A stretch of 64,000 nt of DNA from Torpedo marmorata (taxonomy: Eukaryota): positions 179,614,001 to 179,678,000 of the forward strand of contig OZ360222.1 of NCBI GenBank assembly GCA_977017645.1, written 5' to 3'. Position 1 is the stretch's first letter; the number at the start of each line of letters is the position of its first letter. The position numbers and the translations under genes are program-made. Of the stretch, positions 23,265-36,531 are shown in pieces. The notes under the pieces are model-generated. The model saw only the letters and a program-made list of their open reading frames with translations, searched no databases and was not told where the DNA came from.

Positions 23265-23995
23265 ATTTATACATAGAACAGTACAGTACAGGAACAGGCT
23301 GCTTGCATGTGATACATATCCCTCTATTCCCTGCATATTCATGTGTCTATCTACAAGTATCTTAAATGCCACTATCACATCTGCTTCCACCACTACACCT
23401 GGCAGCCCTTTACAGAATCTACCGCTGTCTGAGAGTAAAAAAAAACACTTGCCCCACACATCTTTAAACTACCCTACCCCCAACCTTAAATGCATGTCCT
23501 CTAGACTTTGACATTTTTACCCTGGGGGAAACGATTCTGGCTGTCTGTCCTTTCATAATTTTATAAACTTCTTTCAGGGCTTGCTCCAGCCTCCAAAGCT
23601 CCAGAAAAAACAACCCAAGTTTGTCCAACCTCTCTCCTTAGCTCGAACCATCTAATCCAGGCAGCATCCTGGTAAATCTCTCCTGTACCCTTTCCAAAGC
23701 CTCCACATCCTTCTTTAATTTTTTTAAAATTTAGACATACAGCACGGTAACAGGTCATTTCGGCCCACAGCCCATGCCGTCCAATTACACCCAATTAACC
23801 TACGAGCCCCAGTACGTTTCGAACGGTGGGAGGAACTGGAGCCCCCAGAGGAAACCCACGCAGACACGTGGAGAATGTACAAACTCTTTACAGACAGCAC
23901 AGGATTCGAACCCCGTCCCAATCGCTGACGCTGTAACTGTAGCAGTTAGTAATGGGGCAGCCAGAATTGCATACCATATTGCAAGTGCGGTCTAA
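23265..23995 (-). mobile_element. CR1 3' fragment interrupted by a SINE
   Basis: Reverse complement of CR1 RT C-terminus and 3' UTR (RFTRMLPG, LPGVVVEA); SINE inserted at ~23716-23940. Confidence 0.8.
23716..23940 (-). mobile_element. HE1/V-SINE-like SINE
   Basis: B-box (ggattcgaaccc on +), V-domain gaggaaacccacgcagacac...caaactc.ttacagacagc, and CR1-like tail acagcacggtaacagg. Confidence 0.85.
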
Positions 23996-23999
23996 CCTG

Positions 24000-24335
24000 A
24001 CCTGTGACAAGCATATTGACGCAACGACCAGAAAGTGCATCAATGCCTCTTCTTTCTTAGAAGACTAAGGAAGTTTGGCACGTCTCCACCCTGTACCTCA
24101 ACAACTTCTACAGGTGCACCAGTGAAGGTTGGATGCATCACAACATGGCATGGGAACTGCTTTACTCCAGTTCGGAAGAAGTTGCAGAAGATAGCGAATT
24201 CAGCTCAGAACATGATGGAAACTTCTCTCCCCTCCATGGACTCCATCTACATCTCCCATTGCCTTGGAAAGGCTGCCCACACACTGAAAGATCCATGACA
24301 CACTGGACACACTCTTCCCTCTTCTCCCAACGGGG
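24000..24335 (+). mobile_element. Rex/Babar-like LINE fragment
   Basis: LFFLRRLRKFG...CITTWHGNC...RKKLQK...LKDP. Confidence 0.8.
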
Positions 24336-26965
24336 AGAAGGCTGTGGAACTTCAGTCATCATTGATCACTGCTTTTAAAAATCTGAAAAAAGTAGTGATT
24401 AAATTAATAAAAGTACAGGTGAAATGAACAATGTCAATTGTAAACTAACCAGAGCTTTCTAACTGCAGCCTGAGTGAATACCTGTACTACTTGGCTAAGG
24501 TTTCAGTACATATACAGGCAATATAATTCACCTGTATTATGTATTGTCTATCCTAGTTGCCAATCATCCAATAAAATTGCAGGAATTGCTGCAAAACTGT
24601 TAAATCTCTAGTGTGGGTTGTCATTGTAGCGTGCAACAAGCAGAGTTGTCAACCATGACATCGTTACCAGGGTGTTGACAACACTGCTAAGCAACTCACA
24701 GATACATGGTTTATTCTTTTTCAACCAATGGATAATTTGTTATCCCCACAGTTGTCATGGTATTATAATCCAATCATCATTTAATGCCCTGGCAGCTGGT
24801 GGCAGGACAGCGGGGATAATGGGAGCATCTTTTTTTTTTGCAAAGTACCCTTTCTCTTTCAGCTTCATTAAACTTGATGCCTTACATATTGCATGAAGAT
24901 TTTTTAACTTCATTAAAATTTTAAAAAACAAAATATGCCTAGCATAGAAGCAGTGTTGTGCAGAAAGATGAATATGGGGTGAGATGTACGGTATTGTTTG
25001 TCATTAGTGATTATCCATTTAGTTCAGTAATGATTTTCAGGGAGAGGCGCTCCACAGGCAATTCAACCTCCAAGTCACTTCTACATTTGTACCATGTGCT
25101 AAATCTGGCAGAATGTTTTCCCCCACTATTATTCCTTCCCCTTCTGTCCACATAGTTCTAAAGCCACCCATACATTTCTACTTTCTCATCTCGTAGGCTA
25201 TTCTTCAGGTCCAAGTCTAGACAGAGAACATCAACCAAAAATGTGAACAGTACAATAGGGTCTCATTCTAGCTCCCACCCACTCTCCATTCATGTCTAGA
25301 TTTCAGCACTTGAGTCACTGGCAAACGGTTAAGAGGTGGAAATCTAGCTGGTTTTTCAATCTCCTGATGTGTATCCACTGAGCTAATTGAATTGCTACTG
25401 ACTGAGATCTGCTAAACCAGCACATGGGGGAATCAAACCTGGGATGTTCTCCGCCTGGCAGTGCCTTCACCAACTTAGTTGTCAGAAGGATGGCCAGTTA
25501 TTTTTGCTTTTCATTTTGTGACCATTGCAATAACCATATTGTAAAAAGAGAATCAGCAACGTATCGTGGTCATGTGACAATTATCACTTAAAGAAGCCCT
25601 TAACATTGCCAGGAAGACATGAATGAAGTATAGGCTGAGATGTAATGCTGCTCCATACTTTTTTTTGCTGGAGTCTCAGTTAGATGAAGGAATGTATCAT
25701 CTGTAGTATCTTTTCATTCTGTTTATAATTGTTGTAACCAAATCATTTGATTTTTTCCCTGTGTTAACTTAATGATATCCTGCTCAACATTTTTGCACAT
25801 GCTTGCAGCTAATCAGTCTTAACTCATCATATTCCTTAAACCCATTGCATTTAAGGCATCAGATGAATGAAATTGATGATGGTGGCTGGTTCACAATGTT
25901 TTCATTCAATGAAAGCCTTTCTGTTGTTCTCAGTATTGATAGCTGTGGACTTCTTCTACATTGTATCATTCAGGTTCCCAGTACAGACAGAAACTATTCA
26001 TTCCACTGTGTATTTTACTTGATGCACAGAATGACCTTTTTCTGTGCCAATAAATTGCTCTTTGTTCAAACAATCCCAAACGAATCCAACAGAATACTTC
26101 TCCCTCTCTCTCTTTCCTTCTGATCAAATATTTTCCTCTTTAATTGTTTATTCATTCTTCACAGAATATATATTGGTCCCTGCGACAAGTGCTTTATGCA
26201 GCAATAAAACCCTTCATAAACCTTAATGCCAATGTTAATTTGACAACCCATCATTACAGATTCCGTAACCTTGGGAAAATAGTCTTTCTGATTACTTTGT
26301 CAAAACTGTTCTTAATCTTGATGTGAAATAGAAATACAAAGAGTAAATACATCATCAAATAACATATTTCATACAAAAAAAAATTAAATACAGACATTTA
26401 AAGATGCACTGATATAAAATTATTGGTAAATTATGAAGGAAAAGTAGATGAATTAGTACAACAATACCAATGTGTTCACCTTGGTTTAACCTGAATTGCA
26501 ATATCTTTCTGGTGCAAGTTGTGGAGAACCTGACCAAATTACCAAGGGCACACTACTGAAATATGAATAGCTTTGAGAGATACGATGGGAGGTCATATCC
26601 CATTCCAATTTACTGTGTCAGTCATAAAATAGAAACTATCTACTCAGTACAACTTATTTCCTTGCATCTCTTGCATTGAAGCAAAGTTCATTATATTATT
26701 TCCTTGCTCAGAGGTGTTTTAATTTCTAGATAAATGAGCCCTGTTTTTGGTTAAAAATTGGATTTCAGGCCCCATTTAAAACTTTCCCCTCTTACCTGAA
26801 ACCTCTGCTCTCTACTTTTAGAGCCACCTACCCTGGGGTAAAGACAGGGACCATCCACCTTCATGCTTTTTTAACATTATATAAACCTCTATGGTGGCAT
26901 TCTTCCTTTTAACTTTTTTTTCCTCTCCATCAAATAATTTTCTCTTTAATTGTTTAAGCATTGTT

Positions 26966-29655
26966 TGCTGGAAGTAAAGCACGAAAGTCTGCAGACACCG
27001 TGGTTGAAGTATAAACACAATGATGGAGAAACAGTGCCCTTTATATAGCAAAGATAAAGGTACATAACCGACGTTTTGGGCTTGAGCCCTTCATCATGGT
27101 AAGGAAAAATGTCGGCAGGCTTCCAAACTAAAAGGTAAGGGGGAGACGTGGGGGGAGGAGCACGGTCCCAAAGGCAGGAGGTAATAGGTGGAGAAGGGAG
27201 GGAGGGCACAGCAGCAAGCAGGGAGAGGAGGGATGGCTAGGTGAATAGAGAGGGAAGGGGATGGAGAGCTGTGGGAAAGAAGATAGGGGGAAGGGAAATG
27301 AGGGAGAAAGGAGAGCAGGTTAGCAGAAACTGGAGAAGTCGATGTTACTGCCATCTGGCTGGAGAGTGTCCAGACGGAAAATCAGGTGTTGTTCCTCCAA
27401 TTTACAGGTGGTCTTGGTGCGATAGTTCATGAGGCCAAGGACAGACATGTGAGTATGGGAGTGTGACACAGAACTGAAATGGTTGGCCACTGGGAGGTCC
27501 CTGTCACTGGTGCGGACAGAGCGAAGGTGCTCAGCGAAGTGTTGCTTCACTTGAAAGGCCTGTTTGGGGCCCCGGACTGTGGTGAGGGAGGAGGTGTGGG
27601 CACAAGGGTGGTACCTCCTGTGACCACAGGGAAGGTGCCGGAGGGCGATTGGTGGGGAGCGATGAGTGCACAAGGAGTCATGGAGGGAGCAGTCCCTATG
27701 GAAGGTAGAGGGGGAGGAGAGGGGAAGATGTGTCTGGTAGTGAGTGCCAGAAATTCCAGAGGATAATATGTTGGATGCGGAGGCTGGTGGGGTGGTAGGT
27801 AAGGATAAGAGGAATCCTGTGTTTATTGCGTCTGGGGGCAGAGGGGGCTAGGGCAGATGAGCGGGAAATGGAGGAGATGCAGGTGAGGGCTGAGTTGATG
27901 GTGGTGGAGGGGAAGCCACGTTTTTGGAAGAAGGCAGACATTTCAGAAGATCTGGACTGGAAGACCGCATCTTGGGAACAGATGCGGCAGAGACGGAGAA
28001 ATTGCGAGAAGGGAATAGAATCCTTGCAGGGGACAGGGTGTGAGGAAATGTAGTCGAGGTAGTTGTGGGAGTTGGTGGGTTTGGAAAAAATGTCGGTGGA
28101 AAGCTTGTCTCCCGAGATGGAGACAGAGAGATCCAGAAAGGGGAGAGTGTTGTCGGAGATGGACCAGGTGAGTTTGAGATCGGAGTGGAAGTTGGCAGCG
28201 AAGTGAATGAAGTTGACAAGCTCATCTCAGGTGCATGAGGCAGCCCCGATGTAGTCATCAATATAGCAGTTGAGGGGCCTTGCCTGTGTAGGCTTGCAGC
28301 ATGGATTGCTCCACAAAGCCCACAAACATGCAGGCATAGCTGGGACCCATGGCTACTCCTTTGATTTGGAGGAAGTGAGAGGAGTCAAAGGAGAAGTTAT
28401 TTAGAGTGAGGACAATTTCTGCCAGGTGGAGGAAGGTGGTGGTAGAGGCAGTGGCGGATTAACTTAATCCATAATAGAATTAGTTTATAGATTGGTATTC
28501 TCCTTACTCTATCTTTTTCTTTCTTTTTACTTCTTCTTTTTCTATTTTTATTTTCTATTTTTATTTTTATTAGATTAGTGGGGTTGGGAGGGTTGGGGAG
28601 GGGAGGGGGGTGAAAATATATCACAAATACTTTGATAATTTTATATTTTATTTTATGTATTTTGTGATTTAAAAATTTTAAATAAAATATTTTTTTTTAA
28701 AAACTACCACCCAGGCCCCAAGGCTGAGCTTTAGTAAGGCTCCCCTGACCTTGCCCCCCTGCCCCACCATTCATTTAATAGAATAAAGTGACATTAAGTT
28801 ACATTAAATAACATATTAGGGGTCTCCAAAGTGGTCGATATCAACCCTTGGGGGGTCAATGGCACTATCCATGGGGTCAGAAAATGGCAGGGGGTCGAAA
28901 GGGGGTCGATAAACGCCGGGGGTTGATTGAACTTTTGGGGTCGAAAGAATTGTAGAGCCCGAGGTCCCCACTCCTGCCAGGAGCCCGATGTCCTCCCTTC
29001 TGCCGGAATCCCGAGGTCCCCGCTCCTGCCGGGCCCCTTTCCTTCTGGACCCCTAGGCTTAAGCCTATTCAGCCTAATGGTTAATCTGCCACTGGGTAGA
29101 GGGTGACTGGTCAGGTCTCTGGTCCAGAAAGAAACTAAGTGCTTTGAGACCTTCTGTATGGGGGATGGAGGTATAAAGGGATTGGACATCCATATTAAAA
29201 ATGAGGCAGTCAAGTTCAGGGAATTTTAAGTAATTTAAGAGATGGAGGGCATGTGAGGTATCATGGATGTAGGTGGGGAGGGATTGGACCAGGGGAGAAA
29301 AGATAGAGTCAAGGTAAGATGAAACTATTTCAGTGGGGCAAGAGTAAGCGGAAACATTGGGTCTACTCGGATGGTTGGGTTTGTGTATCTTGGGTAAAAG
29401 GTAGAACCGGGCAGTGCGAGGATGGGAGACAATGAGGTTGGTGGCCATGGGAGGGAGGTGACCAGAGGTGATGAGGTTGGAGATGGTGTTGGAGATGGTG
29501 GCTTGATGAGCTGTGGTGGGGTCCTGTGGAAGGTATAAGTAGGAGGAGGTGTCTGAGAGCTGTCGTCTGGCCTCAGCAAGGTAGACGTCAGTGTGCCAGA
29601 CCACAATAGCACCTTCCTTGTCTGCAGGTTTGATGGTGAGGTTGTTTGCGCTCAG
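26966..29655 (-). mobile_element. Penelope-like element (Neptune-type RT + GIY-YIG), degraded and interrupted by a hAT
   Basis: TIKPADK...FYLLPKIHK...DVQSLYTSIPH (29074..29661) and KLEEQHLIFRL.TLQPDG C-terminus; 3' UTR with hammerhead-like motif at ~27068-27100. Confidence 0.92.
28449..29094. mobile_element. Non-autonomous hAT-type transposon carrying a nested L1 3' end
   Basis: TIRs cagtggcggattaac / gttaatctgccactg and 8-bp TSD ggtagagg (28441-28448 / 29095-29102). ~28464-28700 resembles the family A L1 3' UTR. Confidence 0.9.
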
Positions 29656-30184
29656 GATCATCTAATAAGTTTCTCAACTCCAGCCCAAGCATCTCCCTCT
29701 CTTCCACTTGTGAAACGCTTTGGAATCTTTCACTAAATTAAAGATGCTGTTATGAAATTTTGAAGCCTTCACCCACAACATGCTACAGAGTTTCAACTTG
29801 CTCCTTGAGTTTTTTTTTCCTTCAAGTCATGTATTTGAACGTAAATGTCGGTTTAAGAACTAAGTTACCACGAGCAATGACTTTTGATGTATTGTTGAAC
29901 CAGATACTGCCGTTCAGTTTGAGAATGTCTGCCCTCGATTTATGGTATTGTGCTTTTAGATCTGCCTAGAATGGGCGATAGTACTTGCAACAACAGTAAA
30001 CCAATCCACAGACTGTCCCCTTGAGTTTTCACAAACAATGGCATGTCTTTTTTCAACTGCTTTTCATGAACACAGAACAAAAATTGCAAATATTGCAATC
30101 ACTCTTCTGGCCAGTCTGCATCTGTGAAATGAACATTTGGGTTAATGCTACAAGCATGTGTTCCCTTCATTGGAATATTTTGTT

Positions 30185-30428
30185 TAAATTTTATTTACAA
30201 CATGGTAGAAACCGATTCCAGCCATTGAGGCCAGTGCTGCCTAATTATACCCAATTAACCTACAACTCTGTGCATTTTAAAGGGGGGGAGGAAACCGGAG
30301 AACCCAGAGGAAGTCCACGCTGACATGGGGAGAATGTACAAACTCCTTACAGACAGCGCTGGATTTGAACCCAAGTCACTGGCACTGTCATAGCGTTGCG
30401 CTAACTGCTATGCTAACCGTGTCGCCGC
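30185..30428 (-). mobile_element. HE1/V-SINE-like SINE
   Basis: tRNA-like head (gctaac...gctaaccg on +), V-domain and tail as in the other copies. Confidence 0.85.
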
Positions 30429-30744
30429 AGGTTTTGAGCATATGCAGTTCTTTTCTATGTATTTATGTAGTCTGATTAACAAATCTACAAGGGATGCTGT
30501 TTTTATCCAAATCACTAGTTACTTAAAGTATATATTGTAGGCCCATGCATCAAGTTGATTACTTTGTATATCAATATATCAATATATATGTTTGCTATAC
30601 AATTAAATCTTGGCTGAGCACAACTATAATTTAGGGTGTTATTTTCTAACTCTGTAAAAGTTTTTTTCCCAGGTTGTTGAATACATTTCTGGCAGGAAAT
30701 AACCTCATGTGTCAAATAAACGTGAATCGGTTTTTGTCATGCAT

Positions 30745-30912
30745 GCTGCTCTTAAGGAATTTCCTGGTGTGCTGAATAATTTTCCTCCCTTAACCAATAA
30801 CTGCAATTAAACATTAATTGTCCATTCATCTCATTGCTTTTTATGTTCTGTGCAGATTTACTGCCACATTTTATTACTACACAAGTTACTGCATTTCAAA
30901 GTAATTAATTGC
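30745..30912 (+). mobile_element. Old Deu-domain SINE remnant
   Basis: cctggtgtgctgaataattttcctcccttaacc...catctcattgct...ttactgcatttcaaagtaatt, similar to 600-875. Confidence 0.45.
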
Positions 30913-32185
30913 ATTTTTATTTATTTGTTCACAGGATATGGAAGCTGGCATTTATTATCCATCCCAAATTGCACCACTTAAGAGGTTAGTTAAGATTCGG
31001 CAACAAAGGTGGTTAGAAATCACAAGTAAGTCCAACTTCTTTGATCCTCAATCAATCTTAAATCATCCTCTTTCCTAAGGGACTGCCTAAGAAAAAGAAG
31101 AATAATCTGGAGGAGGTAAGGATGGCTGATTACCTTCCCTAACGGACATTAGTGGATCAGGTGAGTTTTTACCACAGACATGGTGCTATTACTGAAACCA
31201 GCTGTTCAATTCCAGACACAAAGTAACTTGAACTTAAATCCCTCAGCCGTCAGTTTAGGTTTGGAACTTGTCCAATCCTCTGGCTGTCAGTCCAGCAATT
31301 TTGGACGGTGCTACCATGCCCATTTGAAGTGTTTGAATCATTGTAGACTGACTTAATAAGGCAACCTATAAATGTGAGCCTTTCTTATTCCTTTTCTGAT
31401 TGGAAGTATGGCGACCTATCTGATTTTCAGCGTGACTGTCTTGCTTATGGGGGCAGGTTTCTGTAATAAGGCTGGCACAAGAACAGTAACAGCTCAGTTT
31501 TCAAGAGAGTAATAAGTGGATAGAGTGGTGCTCGAGGAGAAAAGAGTGCCAGAAATGTGTGTGCCTTCAATGCACGTGCTGTGGGGAAAATCTTGTCAAT
31601 TTGTTGTGATTTTTGTTGCTGCTGGAAATTAGCACAATATTAGCATCTTTCTCTTCCTTCTGCATGTGTGCCGAACTGCAGGAATGTGTAGTGAACTTTT
31701 ATAGGACTTCTATAGGACCTCATTTATGGGACTTGTATCTTCAACCTACACAGGTGCGTGCGCGCCCGCACACACGCGCAAACACACACAGGCTCCAAAC
31801 AATCTTGAATGTTACTTTTTTGCATCGTCATATGGTGTGTCAGAACTGTTCAGATCTCCAGATCATTGTTACATGATAATGGACTGTGATGAGGCCCTTT
31901 TAACACTCTTTCAAAGGGTTTATTCAACAGTTAACAGGCCTTCACAAATGATGTAGAACATTTTTAAGTTGAAAGATCAAAGAAACTCTTCAACCAAATG
32001 CTGTACTTGTGTTGAATGAGTACAAGAAAAATTTGAGTGAAACACGAAAGTCTGCAGATGCTGTGATTGTAGTAAAAACACACCGAAATGCTGGTCTTTT
32101 CAGCGCCTCGAGACAAAGATATATTGCCGACGTTTTGGGCCTGAGCCCTTCTTCAAGGAAAAAGTAGAATAAGACAGAAGCAAGA

Positions 32186-32437
32186 TGTGGTGAACCACTG
32201 TGTTTGTATTTGTGGTGTATATAGGTATTACAGGCCGGACTGATGTCTACTCCCTCCCCTCCCTTGGGTGTCCAGGTAATCCCTCCCCCTTCCTCACCTG
32301 AATAAAGGCCACTGTATCTCGGCCACCCCTCCAGTCCGGATCTGATCGAGTAGGAAGCACGGCTTCATTCTTAGTTAATAAAAGCCTATGATTCACTCGC
32401 TCTCACAGTCTTTGAGTGGTTATTGATAGGCCTATCA
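32186..32437 (+). repeat. 5' LTR of Gypsy B
   Basis: Direct repeat of 36532-36783. Confidence 0.96.
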
Positions 32438-32462
32438 ATTTTATTAACTAAGAATACATCTG

Positions 32463-35400
32463 ATGGAAGGAGCACTAAGACCGGCTATCCTCGACATCGA
32501 TCACCTAGCCCCCGACGCTAGTAACGCCTTCGAACACTGGCTGCGATGCTTGGAATCATTCATGTTCACCGTCCAAGCCATAAGTGAGGATCAATGACTG
32601 AGAGTCCTCATCTCCAGGGTGAGCTCACGAGTTTTCACAACGATAAGAGACTGCGAAACTTACACTGAGGCTATGGACGCCCTGAAGGGAATCTACTTGT
32701 CGCCAGTCAACGCGGTCTACGCACGATACCGACTCTACTCCCGAATGCAGCGAGCTGGGGAATCAACGGTGGAATACGTCAGGGACATACAGTCACTAGC
32801 ACGAGCGTGTGATTGTAAAGCCCTGACTGCTGAGGAACATTTGCGAGTGGTGGAGCGAGATGCGTTCATCATGGGGCTCAGGTCGGTATATGTGCGCCAG
32901 AGACTGCTAGAGCACGCCGACCTGGACTTTCGGAAGGCAGTAGCGATGGTCCGCACGCTGGAGACCGCGCAGCGGAACTCCGATGCTATGCAGGTACGCA
33001 ACCCCCAGCCCGCAACGTGGTCGGCCCCATCTCCCAGCCCTGCGAACGAGATGACCGCCGCTGCCGCCATCCGTGCCGATCCGATCGCTACCGCGATCCT
33101 CACCGCCGCTGCAGCCAGCCGCGAGCCCGAGAAGTGTTACTTCTGCGGGCTTGATAAGCACCCGCGGAAGCGCTGCCCGGCCCGCGACGCGACTTGTTCC
33201 GGATGCGGCAGGAAAGGCCATTACGTGAAGGCCTGCCGCTCCAAGTCGCGCCCGGGTCTGAGCAGCGCCGCGTGCGAGCTGCGGGGGCAGCCATCTTACC
33301 TGCGGCAGCTTCCGGAATCGGCCTCGTGCGAGCTGCGGGGGCAGCCATCTTACCTGCGGCAGCTTCTGGAATCGGCCTCGTGCGAGCTGCGGGGGCAGCC
33401 ATCTTACCTGCGGCAGCTTCCGGAATCGGCCTCGTGCGAGCTGCGGGGGCGGCCATCTTTGATGCTGGCACTTCCGGCGCCACCCACGTCAGTACTTCCG
33501 GCTATACTACCGCCGCCATCTTACAGCGGCAGCAGCAGCGACACGTGCGAGCCACGGGAGCAGCCATTTTTGTCGGCAGTAGAAGAAGATGAAGAATACA
33601 TCGCGACTCTTGCTTCAGTCACCCTCGACCAGAGCATCCCTCACCAGTTATCGAGATCCATGATGGACATTCTGGTGGAGGGACATAAAACCACCTGTCT
33701 CTTCGATACGGGCAGTACGGAGAGTTTCATCCAGCGCTGTGGCCTCACCACTATACCGGTAAGCCAGAGGGTGGCCATGGCGTCTGGGTCACACATAACA
33801 GACATCCGGGGGGCTTGTGTGGCTGATATTGTGGTACAGGGGACTAAGTATAAACATTTTTCTTTATTTATAATGAATCGTTTGTGTGCACCTGTATTGT
33901 TGGGACTTGATTTTCAGAGCCACTTGCGCAGTGTTACTATGCGGTACGATGGTCCCCACCCTGCGATCACTGTAGTCAACCACCAGTTCCTTAATAATGA
34001 GCCCCAGACTACCTGTGGCCTCTCCACTCTTAAGATCTCGCCTCCGTCGCTATTCACCAACCTGACCCCTGACTGTAAGCCTGTTGCAACCAAGAGCAGG
34101 CGATACAGTTCGGGGGACAGGGCGTTTATCAAGGCGGAGGTACAGAGGTTGCTACAAGAGGGGATTATTGAAAGGAGCAATAGTCCCTGGAGGGCCCAGG
34201 TGGTTGTGGTAAAAGGGGCCAAGAGTAGGATGGTGGTGGACTACAGTCAGACGATTAACCGGTTCACCCTGTTGGACGCATACCCGCTACCAAGAATAGC
34301 GGATATGGTTAATCAGATCGCTCAGTATAAGGTCTTTTCTACTATCGACCTGAAGTCCGCGTACCATCAGCTCCCTATCCGTCGGGAGGACCGCCAGTAC
34401 ACTGCGTTCGAGGCTGATGGGAGACTGTTCCACTTCCTGCGGGTCCCGTTCGGGGTGACTAATGGTGTTTCTGTGTTCCAGCGGGAGATGGATAACATTG
34501 TAGATGTATATAAACTTAAAGCCACCTTCCCGTACCTGGACGATATCACCATCTGTGGAATGGATCGCCAGGATCACGACACCAATCTCCGGAAGTTCCT
34601 GCAGGCGGCAAAAGCACTAAACCTGACATACAATAAGGAAAAATGTGTGTTTGGTACCACGCGCCTCGCTATTTTGGGGTACGTGGTAGAGAACGGGGTG
34701 ATTGGGCCAGACCCCGATCGCATGCGCCCCCTATTGGAACTTCCACTACCCTCCACCCCCAAAGCACTCAAGCGATGCCTCGGGTTCTTTTCGTATTATG
34801 CACAATGGGTACCGAATTATGCAGATAAGGCCCGACCCCTGGTGAAATCCACCGTATTTCCCCTTGACTCGGAGGCACGTAAGGCCTTTGACCTTATAAA
34901 AGGGGACATTGCGCGAGCAACAATGCACGCGGTGGATGAGGAGATACCTTTCCAGGTAGAGAGTGACGCGTCGGACTTCGCGCTGGCTGCTACCCTCAAC
35001 CAAGCGGGAAGGCCGGTGGCGTTTTTCTCACGCACCCTTCAAGGCCCTGAAATTCGGCACTCCGCGGTGGAGAAGGAAGCCCAGGCCATAGTGGAAGCAA
35101 TCAGGCACTGGAGGCACTATCTCGCCGGCAAGCATTTTACCCTGCTGACCGACCAACGCTCGGTAGCATTTATGTTCAGCAACCAGCAGCGGGGTAAAAT
35201 CAAAAACGACAAAATCATGAGGTGGAGAATAGAACTTTCCACCTATAACTACGACATCCTCTACCGGCCCGGGAAGCTCAATGAGCCCTCAGACGCTCTA
35301 TCCCGGGGATCATGCGCCAGCGCGCAGGTCGACCGATTACACGCCCTACATGACCTCCTCTGTCACCCAGGAGTTACCAGGCTTTTTCACTTTGTGAAGG

Positions 35401-36445
35401 CACAGAACCTGCCATACTCCCTGGAGGAGGTCAGGACATTGATCAGAGGCTGTCGTGTTTGCGCAGAGTGCAAACCCCAGTTCTACCGCCCGGACAGGGC
35501 ACAGCTGATCAAAGCCACACGCCCCTTTGAACGTCTTAGCATTGACTTCAAGGGGCCCCTTCCCTCCACGAACCGCAACGTGTACTTCTTAAACATTGTT
35601 GACGAGTACTCGCGGTTCCCCTTTGCCATCCCCTGCCCCGACACTTCAGCGACCTCAACCATAAAAGCTCTCCACCAGGTATTCACGCTGTTTGGTTTCC
35701 CAAACTACATTCATAGCGACCGGGGAGCAGCTTTTATGAGTGAGGAGCTGCGCCGGTACCTGCAGGACCGAGGCATCGCCACCAGCAGGACAACAGCACG
35801 AGGAAATGGGCAGGTGGAAAGGGAGAACGCTACGGTATGGAAGGCCGCGCTCCTAGCCCTTAAGTCAAAGGGCTGGCCGGTCTCCCACTGGCAGGATGTT
35901 CTCCCTGAAGCCCTCCACTCTATCCGGTCCCTACTGTGCACTTCCACCAACGCAACCCCTCATGAACGATTTTTTTCCTTCCCAGGAAGTCGACCACCGG
36001 GACCTCCCTACCTGCCTGGCTGATGTCCCCGGGACCAGTGCTGCTCCGCAACCACCTTCGGAGCAGCAAATATGAACCGACGGTTCAGAGGGTGCAGTTG
36101 GCGCACGCCAACCCCCAATATGCGTACGTGGTCTTCCCGGATGGACGAGAGGACACAGTCTCCATCCGAGACCTGGCGCCCGATGGGGCGCCAGAGGGGC
36201 ATTCCGACGGGCAAGACCACTTACTGCAAAACACACCGCAACCCCTTCCTAACGCCCCACCCGATGTGTTAGACCCCGCCCCCTCAACGGGACCGCAAGA
36301 GTTCCGAGAGGCCAGGCAGGAGGCGACGGCACAGACGAACCTACCACCTCCCCCATCACTAATATCTTCCCCAGCACCACAGCCCGACCCGCCACTACGC
36401 AGGTCACAGCGGAAAATTCGACCGCCGGATCGCCTTGACCTGTAA
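32463..36445 (+). pseudogene. gag-pol: Gypsy B gag-pol polyprotein (TGA at 32595-32597, frameshift near 35985)
   Basis: Starts MEGALRP, in frame with ORF 32619..36023; same Zn knuckle, PR, RT, RH and IN motifs as element A. The C-terminus is in ORF 36023..36445 (LRRSQRKIRPPDRLDL). Small in-frame deletions relative to A in PR and IN. Confidence 0.95.
33268..33460 (+). repeat. 54-bp tandem repeat (~3.5 copies) in the gag-protease linker
   Basis: Unit cgtgcgagctgcgggggcagccatcttacctgcggcagcttccggaatcggcct, encoding SCELRGQPSYLRQLPESA. Confidence 0.92.
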
Positions 36446-36531
36446 AAAGGAGGGTCTGTATGTATATATGTATTGTGTAATTAGAGTGGTCACGTCACCC
36501 CGCTGGACTCTTTCTAAAAAGGAGGGGTGAA

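Noticed and set aside
25250-25490. Possible ancient tRNA-derived SINE on the minus strand
   Set aside because: Too degenerate to define boundaries or family by eye.
31682-31753. 72-nt in-frame exon (ECVVNFYRTSIGPHLWDLYLQPTQ) as a host CDS
   Set aside because: Splice sites are plausible, but no homology is recognised and part resembles decayed CR1 (LYRTLVRPHL); not enough to annotate.
33100-33483. Antisense ORF with KMAAPAARTRPIPEAAAG repeats
   Set aside because: Explained by the GC-rich tandem repeat; no equivalent ORF is conserved in element A.
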